Source: an uncultured Bacillus sp.
GTDB taxonomy: Bacteria; Bacillota; Bacilli; Bacillales; Cytobacillaceae
DNA length: 43,730 nucleotides
NCBI GenBank assembly: GCA_963524115.1
Contig: CAURFY010000001.1
Span: 1 to 43,730, forward strand
Direction of reading: 5' to 3'
Of the stretch, positions 29,660 through 38,467 are shown piece after piece. The notes beneath the pieces were generated by a model that was given only the letters and a program-made list of their open reading frames with translations, did not search any database and was not told the origin of the DNA. Position 1 is the first letter of the stretch; every line of letters starts with the position of its first letter. Made by a program: the position numbers and the translations under genes.

Positions 29660-29827
29660 GCAGGTGCAACAGTAATTGACCATCTGCCACACGGAACTTA
29701 TTTCTACGTTACACGGAATGCAATGAACATGACTACGAAAGACAGAATGAGGGTTGTTTTGTTTGAAAGTATTGTCGGTTTAATGATGACGATCGTCGCA
29801 ACCATCCTGTATGGATTTATTTTATAA
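29660..29827 (+). pseudogene. 3' remnant of a GntP-family (glycerate) permease
   Basis: AGATVIDHLPHGTYFYVTRNAMNMTTKDRMRVVLFESIVGLMMTIVATILYGFIL*; stop 18 nt before glycerate kinase; 5' part absent. Confidence 0.75.
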
Positions 29828-29845
29828 AAGAAAGGGGTGTAAAGA

Positions 29846-30982
29846 ATGGGGGAAACATTTTTATTGGCCCCTGATTCATTTAAAGAAAGCATGACAGCAA
29901 AAGAAGTGTGTGAATCAATGGAAATTGGCATAAAAAGAGCTTTTCCGGATGCAACTTGTATCCATGTACCAATGGCTGACGGCGGTGAAGGCACCGTCCA
30001 GTCATTAATAGATGCAACAGGCGGCACATTAATTATTAGAGAAGTTACCGGACCACTTGGTACACCAGTTATGGCACAATATGGAATTTTGGGTGATGGA
30101 AAGACCGGCGTGATTGAAATGGCATCTGCCAGCGGAATTCATTATGTTACGAAGGAAACAAAAAACCCGTTTATTACAACTACATTTGGAACAGGGGAGT
30201 TAATTAGGGACTGTATCGAACAAGGCATAACTGATATTATTCTGGGAATTGGCGGAAGTGCTACGAATGATGGTGGCACTGGAATGGCAGCAGCACTGGG
30301 ATATAAATTCCTGAGTAAAGAAGGATATGAGCTTCAACTGGGCGGCGGTTATTTAGGTGAGCTCGATACAATCGATTCTTCTGATGTTATACCACAATTA
30401 AAAAATATAAACATTTTGGTAGCATCGGATGTAACCAATCCATTGTGCGGAGAACGTGGTGCATCAGCTGTATTCGGTCCGCAAAAGGGTGCCACACCTG
30501 AAATGGTTCAAATTTTGGATAAAAATTTGAGGCATTACGGTAAAGTTGTTAAGGACCAGCTAGGAATCGACATGGTGGATGTACCTGGTGCAGGCGGTGC
30601 AGGCGGACTTGGCGCAGGACTGCTTGCATTCACTAATTCCACAATGAAAAAGGGAATCGAAATTGTTATCGAGTATACTAAGTTAAAAGAAAAATTAGAG
30701 AATGTGGACTACTGTTTTACAGGAGAGGGCGGAATCGATTTCCAGACGAAATTTGGGAAAGCCCCTTACGGCGTTGCACAAGCAGCTAAAAGTGTAAACA
30801 AAGATATTAAGGTGATCGCACTGGCAGGTTATGTGGGCCAAGATGTTGAAACTTTATATGATGAAGGTTTTGATGCCATTTTTGGAATCGTACCTGGAGC
30901 AGCTGATATTGATATCTTACTGGTACAGGGCAAGGAAAACGTTGTCCGAACCTCTGAAGCAATCGCTCGTTTGTTAAAATAA
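29846..30982 (+). CDS. glxK: Glycerate kinase (class I)
   Basis: APDSFKES, PMADGGEGT, GIGGSATNDGG and TGEG motifs. Confidence 0.95.
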   Translation: MGETFLLAPDSFKESMTAKEVCESMEIGIKRAFPDATCIHVPMADGGEGTVQSLIDATGGTLIIREVTGPLGTPVMAQYGILGDGKTGVIEMASASGIHYVTKETKNPFITTTFGTGELIRDCIEQGITDIILGIGGSATNDGGTGMAAALGYKFLSKEGYELQLGGGYLGELDTIDSSDVIPQLKNINILVASDVTNPLCGERGASAVFGPQKGATPEMVQILDKNLRHYGKVVKDQLGIDMVDVPGAGGAGGLGAGLLAFTNSTMKKGIEIVIEYTKLKEKLENVDYCFTGEGGIDFQTKFGKAPYGVAQAAKSVNKDIKVIALAGYVGQDVETLYDEGFDAIFGIVPGAADIDILLVQGKENVVRTSEAIARLLK

Positions 30983-31318
30983 TAGTCAAAAAACAACACA
31001 CTGGAGATTGGTGTGTTGTTTTTATTTCTCCTGAAGGATGTTTTAATGTAAGTTTTTCTAGATTCGCCTGTTCCCATGCAACACTTTGACTTCTATTTTT
31101 GTCGATTTTATGAAATCTTAGCTGGATAATCAATGTAAATTAATGTAAACTTTCCCAACCTTTAATAATGTAGGTGTATAATTATCATTGTGTCATCTGG
31201 TGATTTTTGTCACAAATACATAATAGGAATTTACGATAAACACTATGATTTTATTACTTATTACAAGCGTTAGTAATATTTTCATAAATAAAATGACTTC
31301 CGTTGTTAGGAGGACCAA

Positions 31319-31936
31319 ATGGAAAAATCTATAAGGGTGATGATTATCGACAACCATCTATTTACTATCGATGCTATTTCCTATTTTTTCGAAAATGAGG
31401 AAACAGATATTGAAGTAGTTTGTAAGCTAACTGATGGAAAAAGGGCAATCAGTTTGATTAACGAAACTAAGCCAGATATTATTGTGATGGATCCATATTT
31501 AACCAATATAAATGGAGTAGAATTAGCAAGGCAGATTAGTGAGAAATATCAAGATTCGATAAAACTGGTAATGTTTGCAAGCCATTCTTGTGAGGAGTTA
31601 ATAAGAATTCTTTTTAAAATCGGAGTAAATGCTTTTGTACTCAAGGAAGAGCCGTTTAAGGTGCTGATTAATGCTGTTAGGCAAAGCTATTTAGGCAATA
31701 TTTTACTCTCTAATAGAAAAATTTTAAAACATACTAATCTACAATTGACCATGACAGAAATAGAAATACTGCAATTAATTTCACAAGAAAAAAAGAATCA
31801 GGAAATTGCCAAATTATTAAATATGAGTAAAAGAACAGTAGAATATCATATTACCTCGTTATTTCAAAAACTCGATGTTGATTCAAGAGTTGGTGCGATT
31901 ATGAGGGGTGCTCAGAAAGGGCTAATTTACATATAA
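31319..31936 (+). CDS. Orphan NarL/LuxR-family response regulator, ComA-like
   Basis: REC domain (IIDNH, IVMD, VLKE) plus LuxR HTH NQEIA..L.MSKRTVEYHITSLFQKL. Confidence 0.9.
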   Translation: MEKSIRVMIIDNHLFTIDAISYFFENEETDIEVVCKLTDGKRAISLINETKPDIIVMDPYLTNINGVELARQISEKYQDSIKLVMFASHSCEELIRILFKIGVNAFVLKEEPFKVLINAVRQSYLGNILLSNRKILKHTNLQLTMTEIEILQLISQEKKNQEIAKLLNMSKRTVEYHITSLFQKLDVDSRVGAIMRGAQKGLIYI

Positions 31937-32056
31937 ATAATCAATAATGTTGACACATTGGACATAGATCAGATACTTAAACCTCTCGACATTTAAATAC
32001 AGGTTCCTAGTGCATTCTGACTATAAACTCTAAAAAATGTTTTTTTTTGACTCTTT

Positions 32057-32072
32057 TTGCGGAATCGCGCAA
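32057..32072. promoter_or_regulatory. ComA-box-like inverted repeat upstream of the peptide cassette
   Basis: TTGCGG-aatc-GCGCAA versus consensus TTGCGG-N4-CCGCAA (one mismatch). Confidence 0.65.
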
Positions 32073-32228
32073 AAAATATACGAAAACTAACACTAAAATT
32101 GTCGGAAAATACGATGTTTTGGAAAAATGATAAATTATATTATTAGATTAACAAATTGATAAAGGTTAAAAACACGGTTTCATCTTTTTAATCTTTTCAA
32201 TAAAAATGAATAATAGGAGGTGAAATGC

Positions 32229-32318
32229 ATGTTAGCATTAGCTCTTTCTTTAGCAGCAGTACTTGATCTATCTCCAGTATTTGGTCTTTTAGGTGGTTTA
32301 CTAGGTGGTTTACTTTAA
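32229..32318 (+). CDS. 29-aa hydrophobic glycine-zipper peptide, copy 1: MLALALSLAAVLDLSPVFGLLGGLLGGLL
   Basis: AGGAGGTGA RBS with 8-nt GGAGG-ATG spacing; paralogous to copies 2 and 3. Confidence 0.88.
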   Translation: MLALALSLAAVLDLSPVFGLLGGLLGGLL

Positions 32319-32351
32319 TTTTTATTTAAGCAAAGGATGGAGGTGAAATGC

Positions 32352-32441
32352 ATGTTATCATTAGGACTTTCATTAGCAGCATTACTTGATCTAACTCCAG
32401 TGTTTGGTCTTTTAGGCGGTCTACTAGGTGGTTTGCTTTAA
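32352..32441 (+). CDS. 29-aa peptide, copy 2: MLSLGLSLAALLDLTPVFGLLGGLLGGLL
   Basis: GGAGGTGA RBS; same length and frame structure. Confidence 0.88.
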   Translation: MLSLGLSLAALLDLTPVFGLLGGLLGGLL

Positions 32442-32474
32442 TTCTGATTTAAGTAAAGGGCGGAGGTGAAACGC

Positions 32475-32564
32475 ATGTTAGCATTAGCTCTTTCATTAGC
32501 AGCAGTTCTTGATTTAACTCCAGTGTTTGGTCTTTTAGGAGGTCTTCTTGGTGGATTACTTTAA
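32475..32564 (+). CDS. 29-aa peptide, copy 3: MLALALSLAAVLDLTPVFGLLGGLLGGLL
   Basis: GGAGGTGA RBS; differs from copy 1 at 8 synonymous codons and 1 S/T change. Confidence 0.88.
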   Translation: MLALALSLAAVLDLTPVFGLLGGLLGGLL

Positions 32565-32584
32565 TAGGTTACATAATTTTTAAT

Positions 32585-32630
32585 TAATAAAAGAGTCTTC
32601 CAACTCATAAGGTGTAAGACTCTTTTATTA
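32585..32630 (+). terminator. Terminator of the peptide operon (possibly bidirectional)
   Basis: TAATAAAAGAGTCTT...AAGACTCTTTTATTA. Confidence 0.8.
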
Positions 32631-32655
32631 TATTTTTTTTCGGTAACTATTCTTA

Positions 32656-32953
32656 TTACAGAAAATATTTCGCGTTTAGTGATTTCTCACATCTACTTAA
32701 TTCATGCGGTGTTCCTTCAAATAGGACCTCTCCACCTTTAATACCACCTTCTGGTCCAATATCAATAATCCAATCTGCCTGTTTCATAATATCTACATTA
32801 ATGGTTGGCCGAGGGTTAAATAACCAATCCCCATTTCTTCAAGTGCCACTAAACGCACGTTGATTTTCTTTTCATCGAAAAACAGGATTGCTTCACTCAC
32901 TGTCATTTCTAGTACTTCTAAGATCGTTTTACTTTTGTCAGGTGTATTTCAGG
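32656..32953 (-). pseudogene. Decayed C-terminal remnant of a UvrA-like (class II/DrrC-type) ABC ATPase
   Basis: KTILEVLEMTVSEAILFF...[11 protein letters not shown] joined out of frame to [30 protein letters not shown]. Confidence 0.85.
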
Positions 32954-32998
32954 TTCCAGAGATACAATAATTTCAAACTTATTCGAAGGAGACTTGAG

Positions 32999-33457
32999 AT
33001 TACGCCATTACATCCATTAGTAGTTCATTTTCCTATTGCATTATTATTAACAGCAACAATTATTGAAATTGTAAATTTATTTCTTAAAAAAGAAAGCGTA
33101 AGTAGAATGGGTACCGTATTAGTTTTTGTGGGGGTAATTTTAGGTTTTGTTTCCTTAGCAACAGGGGATCCTGCCGAAGAATTTGCCTTTAAAAACTGGG
33201 GGAATGGGATTCATGATACCGTTGAATTGCACTCTTTTCTTGCCGGTACTTCTATTACTCTCTTTGCAATTGTGGCAGTCATTAAGCTGTTTGGTAAATG
33301 GCTCAAATTTAATAAAAATTTAATTATCGCTTTAGTTATTCTCTTTAGTATTGCTGGTTCAACCACTTTAGCAATTACTGGTCACTTAGGTGGAAAAATT
33401 GTTTATCAACATGAACAGTTGACTAGCAAATCAGGTGGAACAGTGGACAAAGATTAA
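32999..33457 (+). CDS. DUF2231 family membrane protein; start codon unclear
   Basis: PLHPLVVHFPIALL, ATG, conserved H and TGHLGGKIVY; the track's upstream extension overlaps the uvrA remnant. Confidence 0.75.
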   Translation: MTPLHPLVVHFPIALLLTATIIEIVNLFLKKESVSRMGTVLVFVGVILGFVSLATGDPAEEFAFKNWGNGIHDTVELHSFLAGTSITLFAIVAVIKLFGKWLKFNKNLIIALVILFSIAGSTTLAITGHLGGKIVYQHEQLTSKSGGTVDKD

Positions 33458-33706
33458 CGGACTTCAGGGGAAATTTTGTGGAAAACGTTTTTAATTATTT
33501 TTATGCAATTATGGTAGGGATGAAGTCAATCCATGTAAGTCCATGTCTCAACTCATATTAAAATAGAAACTGTGTAAATTGGGCTCAGTCGTATTAGGAC
33601 TGGGCCTTTTCGTGAGTGTTTTTAAAAAGATGTTGAAGTTTTTGAGTTGCTGGTAGGAGAGAGAAAAAATCCTAAATGGAAATAGTTTTTTTCACTTACA
33701 CAGTTA

Positions 33707-33759
33707 TTGAATTTTATTATGTTATAGTGTTATAATGTTATAGTATGATAATATGGTAA
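33707..33759 (+). promoter_or_regulatory. SigA promoter overlapped by 8-bp tandem repeats
   Basis: TTGAAT-N18-TATAAT; TGTTATAG/TGTTATAA/TGTTATAG/TATGATAA. Confidence 0.55.
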
Positions 33760-33804
33760 CGTACTAAAGCAAAATATACTCAATTAAAGGTGGTTTTATC
33801 CAAT

Positions 33805-34587
33805 ATGAAGCGTTTAGCAACGATTATTCTAGTAATTGCCGCAGTATTCTCGCTCCTTTCAGCATGCTCTAGCTCCTCATCGAAAGATAATGGAAAAGAT
33901 AAAACTTTGGTGATTGGTATCGATGATAAATTTGCCCCAATGGGATTCCGTGATGAAAATAACAAAATTGTAGGTTTTGATATCGACTTAGCAAAAGCAG
34001 CAGCCGAAAAAATGGGGAGAAAAGTTAAATTTCAACCTATCGACTGGACAACAAAAGAATCTGAGCTAAGCAGTGGTCGAATTGATCTCATTTGGAATGG
34101 TTACACTATAACGGATGAGCGTAAAGAGAAGGTTCTTTTTACAAAACCTTATTTAAAAAATGCACAGGTAGTAGTAACCCTTAATGATTCAAAGCTTACA
34201 AAACTGAAGGATTTAGAAGGTAAGGTTGTCGGTCTTCAAACACTTTCATCTGCAGCAGATGCTTTGAACGCTAATCCAATCAAAGACAAGCTTAAAACTG
34301 TTACCGAGTTTTCCGACAATGTTTTAGCTTTGAATGATTTAAAGAGTGGTCGTTTGGATGCAGTGGTTATTGATGAGATTGTCATTAATTATTATATGAC
34401 GAAAGAGAAAGAAACTTTTAAGGTTCTTGATGAAACTCTTGCACCCGAAGAATATGGAATTGGTGTTAAAAAAGGAAACGAAGAATTACTTAACAGTCTT
34501 CAAAAGGCACTTGATGATATGAACGCAGATGGAACTTCCGCTGATATATCGAAAAAATGGTTTGGTGAAGATAAAGTTTTAAAATAA
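33805..34587 (+). CDS. Polar amino acid ABC transporter substrate-binding lipoprotein
   Basis: LSAC lipobox; FAPMGF, GFDIDLA and IDLIWNG motifs. Confidence 0.93.
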   Translation: MKRLATIILVIAAVFSLLSACSSSSSKDNGKDKTLVIGIDDKFAPMGFRDENNKIVGFDIDLAKAAAEKMGRKVKFQPIDWTTKESELSSGRIDLIWNGYTITDERKEKVLFTKPYLKNAQVVVTLNDSKLTKLKDLEGKVVGLQTLSSAADALNANPIKDKLKTVTEFSDNVLALNDLKSGRLDAVVIDEIVINYYMTKEKETFKVLDETLAPEEYGIGVKKGNEELLNSLQKALDDMNADGTSADISKKWFGEDKVLK

Positions 34588-34657
34588 TGTATTAACGAAT
34601 ATAAGGCAAAACAGGATTTCCATTGGGAACCCTGTTTTGTTTTGGAGGAATTCTTTT

Positions 34658-35317
34658 ATGTCTTTTGATTATATTAGCTCTATCCTTAAGCCCATGTTAG
34701 AAGGGGCACAGATGACAGTCCTCCTGTTTGTGATCGCTATAGTGGTTTCAATACCACTAGGCTTTTTATTAACACTGGCTGTAAAAAGTAGCTACAAGCC
34801 TATTTCTTGGCTTGCTCAGTTCTATATTAATGTAATGCGTGGCACTCCACTATTGCTCCAATTGCTGTTTATTTGTTTTGGGTTGCCGATGCTGCCTGTT
34901 ATTGGTGAATATTTAGTCCTAGACCGCTTCGTGGCCGCCTGTTTAGGGTTTATATTAAACTATGCCGCCTATTTTGCTGAAATTTTCCGTGGTGGGCTAT
35001 TGGGTATTGATAAAGGCCAGTATGAGGCTTCACAGGTTCTTGGTTTGAATAAATGGCAAACGATGACACGAATTGTATTACCTCAAATGTTCCGCATCGC
35101 TCTTCCTGCAGTTGCTAACGAAACGGTGACATTGGTCAAGGATACGGCCCTTCTTTATGCGGTTGCTGTACCGGAATTGTTGCACTTTGCCCAGACTGCG
35201 GTTAACCGTGACTTTACGATCGTGCCGTTTTTCATTGCGGGTATTATTTATCTAATCATGACCTTAGTATTGACCATGATTTTTAAATGGATCGAACGAC
35301 GGTTTAAATTTGAATAA
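34658..35317 (+). CDS. Polar amino acid ABC permease
   Basis: RGTPLLLQL and AYFAEIFRGG...GQYEAS motifs. Confidence 0.93.
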   Translation: MSFDYISSILKPMLEGAQMTVLLFVIAIVVSIPLGFLLTLAVKSSYKPISWLAQFYINVMRGTPLLLQLLFICFGLPMLPVIGEYLVLDRFVAACLGFILNYAAYFAEIFRGGLLGIDKGQYEASQVLGLNKWQTMTRIVLPQMFRIALPAVANETVTLVKDTALLYAVAVPELLHFAQTAVNRDFTIVPFFIAGIIYLIMTLVLTMIFKWIERRFKFE

Positions 35318-35332
35318 AAAGGAGTGGTGAAT

Positions 35333-36079
35333 GTGGCGATCATTGAAGTATCTAACCTGAAAAAATCGTACGGTCAGCTAGATGTATTAAAACAAATTAC
35401 CTTTGATGTAAATAAAAATGATGTTGTTGCTGTGATTGGCCCTTCTGGTTCTGGAAAAAGCACACTGCTCCGAAGTCTGGTCCATCTTGAAGAAATAAAT
35501 GGCGGCAGTATTTGTGTATCCGGCGCCTATCTTGTGAAGGATGGGATCTACTCAAAACAACAAGAGATCAAGCAGATTACCTCAAAAATGGGAATGGTCT
35601 TTCAACATTTTAATCTTTTCCCACACCTTACCGTCAAAGAAAATCTGGAGCTTGCTCCTAGATTAGTTAAAGAAGAGTTATCAGCAGTTATCAACCAACG
35701 AAGCAATGAACTTCTTGATAAAATTGGTCTTTCTGAACGTGCATCTGCATATCCAGCAAATTTATCAGGTGGCCAGAAACAAAGGGTAGCCATTGCACGG
35801 GCTCTGATGATGAATCCTGAAATCCTCCTGTTTGATGAACCAACATCTGCACTAGATCCGGAATTAACCGGGGAGGTATTGCAAGTAATGAAAAATCTTG
35901 CGGAAGAGCATATGACGATGATTGTGGTAACACATGAGATGGGGTTCGCCAAAGAGGTTGCAAATCGTGCTATTTTTATGGATAATGGGGAAATCGTTGA
36001 ATCTGGTCACCCTAATCAGTTGTTTACTAATCCTCAGTTCGATCGAACAAAAGCTTTCTTGACCCGTAGTTTGAATTAA
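35333..36079 (+). CDS. Polar amino acid ABC ATPase (GlnQ-like)
   Basis: [16 protein letters not shown] and [11 protein letters not shown] motifs. Confidence 0.95.
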   Translation: MAIIEVSNLKKSYGQLDVLKQITFDVNKNDVVAVIGPSGSGKSTLLRSLVHLEEINGGSICVSGAYLVKDGIYSKQQEIKQITSKMGMVFQHFNLFPHLTVKENLELAPRLVKEELSAVINQRSNELLDKIGLSERASAYPANLSGGQKQRVAIARALMMNPEILLFDEPTSALDPELTGEVLQVMKNLAEEHMTMIVVTHEMGFAKEVANRAIFMDNGEIVESGHPNQLFTNPQFDRTKAFLTRSLN

Positions 36080-36152
36080 AATGTAAGTTACTCATTATAG
36101 AAAAACTCATCCTAAAACGTAATTTGGATGAGTTTTTTTGCTTTTAACTAAT

Positions 36153-36226
36153 AGCTTGGTTAAAGTACATTGTTGATATTGATTGGATACCATGGAGCGG
36201 AAATCAATATTTTTGCAAAGGAGCCT
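36153..36226. repeat. Short degenerate relative of the 26796-27068 element
   Basis: GCT..GTTAAAG....TTGTTGAT ... ATCAATA ... GAGCC. Confidence 0.45.
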
Positions 36227-36428
36227 ATTCTTTAAATAACTCTAAAAATATGTCCTTTCAATATATTAATTGAATATATAGGTATATAATATGAGTGAAA
36301 TATCTTCAAACAAGAACAGAATACATATGGTTTATTTTATTATCAACTCTAATCATGACTTTTCCTATTTATCTAACTAACAAATACTATTAATCTGTTA
36401 GGCATTCCTTTTTTAGAGGAGGGGAATA

Positions 36429-37721
36429 GTGAAAACGTTTTATTTTAAAAAAACCTTTGTAATTATGATCACTACAACTATCATTGTATTTACACCGCTT
36501 ATGCTTATATTTACTTCAGAAAATGGTAAAATCTCCCCGACCTTAACAAACCAAAAAGCCTATGCTATCGATGTTGGAATTTTAGAATTACAGAAATTAG
36601 ACGCCTCCTTTAATTCTGTAACTGGAGAACTTGTTTTGAATATTAATGGAGTGACACTGGCAACTGTTGGAAGTACTCAACAGTTTGTTTATCAGCTTCC
36701 GGAAGAATTAAAATTGATTCTAACCCATCCGCATTTTAGTGACTACGCAAAAATTGACTATAGGTGTACTTTGCTTTTAGGGCTCTTTCCAATAGAAGGA
36801 ACTATTCCTGGCAGTTCATTAAAAGTGGATAGTTTGGATGGTACAGTAATTGGCGCATCAGGGCTTGCTCTTTCAATTGGCTCCCCCGTTAGCGCAATGC
36901 TAAGGATTAATTTATACCAATTAGGATTTTCATCACTACCACCAAGCCAGGATGGTAAGCTTGATTTTTATGCTATGGCGGCTAAGGGTAATGCGGGTCT
37001 TATAGATATTAAACTAGAATTACTAACAAACCATGATACGTATGATTATATTGACACGGGGGTAGATGACAACATTGCACCCGACCCGCCAGTATTAAAT
37101 TCTGTGACTGATGTTGATGAAGTCGTAACAGGAAAGGGGGAAATTGGTGCAACAGTTCATATTGTCACGCCTTCAAATAGCTATACTGGGATTGTAGATA
37201 CTCTTGGAACCTATTCAGTTGCTATTCCAGCCCAAGATGCTGGTACAGTAATTACCGCGTCGCAAACAGACACAGCAGGAAATGTAAGTGGAACAAGTAC
37301 AACCGTAGTAATTGGAACAAAACTTGATTTTACAGTTCCAACCGAAATTCGTTTTAAGAGTACTTCAATTGGCTTTCATGAGGTGACGGTCCCAAGGGAA
37401 ATTCCGAGTATGTCTGTAAAAGTTTACGATACTCGTGGAAATGAATCAAAGTGGAAAATAAAAGCAAGGGCTGTCGAGCCTCTAACTTCTACCGATGGAG
37501 AGACTCTTGATCCCACTGCGCTTATATTTGTAAAAGCTGATCAGGTAAAATATTTAAAAGATGAAACTCTTATTTATGATGGAGTTACAGGGCAAGACAG
37601 GGAAACAATAATTACTTGGAATGAAAATGAAGGAATATTAATAAAACTCATTCCTAGTGAAGTTCATCCAGGAGTTGAATACTCCACCACAATTAATTGG
37701 ACAATAGAAAAAGCCCCATAG
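36429..37721 (+). CDS. Large WxL surface protein: N-terminal export segment, putative adhesive domain, bacterial Ig-like repeat, C-terminal WxL domain
   Basis: DNIAPDPPVLN...DTAGNVS Ig repeat; terminal YSTTINWTIEKAP. Confidence 0.8.
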   Translation: MKTFYFKKTFVIMITTTIIVFTPLMLIFTSENGKISPTLTNQKAYAIDVGILELQKLDASFNSVTGELVLNINGVTLATVGSTQQFVYQLPEELKLILTHPHFSDYAKIDYRCTLLLGLFPIEGTIPGSSLKVDSLDGTVIGASGLALSIGSPVSAMLRINLYQLGFSSLPPSQDGKLDFYAMAAKGNAGLIDIKLELLTNHDTYDYIDTGVDDNIAPDPPVLNSVTDVDEVVTGKGEIGATVHIVTPSNSYTGIVDTLGTYSVAIPAQDAGTVITASQTDTAGNVSGTSTTVVIGTKLDFTVPTEIRFKSTSIGFHEVTVPREIPSMSVKVYDTRGNESKWKIKARAVEPLTSTDGETLDPTALIFVKADQVKYLKDETLIYDGVTGQDRETIITWNENEGILIKLIPSEVHPGVEYSTTINWTIEKAP

Positions 37722-37774
37722 AATCTGCAACTATTTTTGCAATGTTTTTGAGAATAAAAAAGGAGGTCAATATT

Positions 37775-38467
37775 GTGCGATTATCTAAGTATGCCTTATT
37801 TGGTGTTGCATCTATTCTGTCTCTGTCATTTTTCTCACAAGGAGTTTTAGTTTTTGCAGATTCTATAGGAACTTCAAACGCAACAATTGAATTTAGTGAA
37901 GACACAACTGTTCCGCCAGTTTTAGATCCAACTGATCCAACTCATCCATATGTCCCAGGTGGAGGTGATAATCCTCCAACGGGAAATTCAGGACCGCTAA
38001 GTCTTGACTACGTTTCTCATTTGAATTTTGGTCCACAAGTTATATCTATAAAGAATGTTACTTATGAAGCGGAAACTTTAAAACCATTTATTCAAGTAAC
38101 AGACAAACGGGCCAATCCAGATGGTTGGCATGTTACCGTTAAGGCATCACCTTTTGCTAGTAGTAGTTTACATGAATTAACGGGTGCATATTTGACATTT
38201 AAAAATGGTGAAACTCTATCAGATCTTGGAGCCATGTATGGTCCACCAAAAACTGGACCATTTACCTTATATACAGATAGCCAAGCTGTTAAAGTTGTTT
38301 ATGCAAATGTAAATGAAGGGCGTGGATCATGGATTACAAGATGGTTTCCTAAAACTCCCTCAGGACCTACTAAGAATGATAGTGTAATGTTAACGGTCTA
38401 TGGTGGGACTATGAAAGCAGAATCCTATAATTCACAATTGACATGGACATTAACTACCGCTCCATAA
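37775..38467 (+). CDS. Small WxL domain protein (CscB-like)
   Basis: Signal peptide; GPLSLDYV..LNFG, QVTDKR...GW and YNSQLTWTLTTAP; AAGGAGG before GTG 37775. Confidence 0.92.
   Translation: MRLSKYALFGVASILSLSFFSQGVLVFADSIGTSNATIEFSEDTTVPPVLDPTDPTHPYVPGGGDNPPTGNSGPLSLDYVSHLNFGPQVISIKNVTYEAETLKPFIQVTDKRANPDGWHVTVKASPFASSSLHELTGAYLTFKNGETLSDLGAMYGPPKTGPFTLYTDSQAVKVVYANVNEGRGSWITRWFPKTPSGPTKNDSVMLTVYGGTMKAESYNSQLTWTLTTAP

Noticed and set aside
32225..32266. Alternative frame starting at ATG 32225 (MHVSISSF...)
   Set aside because: Too close to the SD, and the equivalent codon is ACG in copy 3, so the frame is not conserved
32214..32564. 123-bp periodic repeat as a CRISPR array or non-coding VNTR
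   Set aside because: No unique spacers and no cas genes; each unit has an RBS, start and stop, and variation is codon-structured
32229..32564. Peptides as double-glycine-leader bacteriocin or ComX precursors
   Set aside because: GG pairs are at the C-terminus with almost no core behind them; no Trp for ComX prenylation; no peptidase-ABC transporter, comQ or modification genes nearby
32888..32998. N-terminal extension of the 189-aa ORF
   Set aside because: Overlaps the antisense uvrA-like remnant and has no RBS
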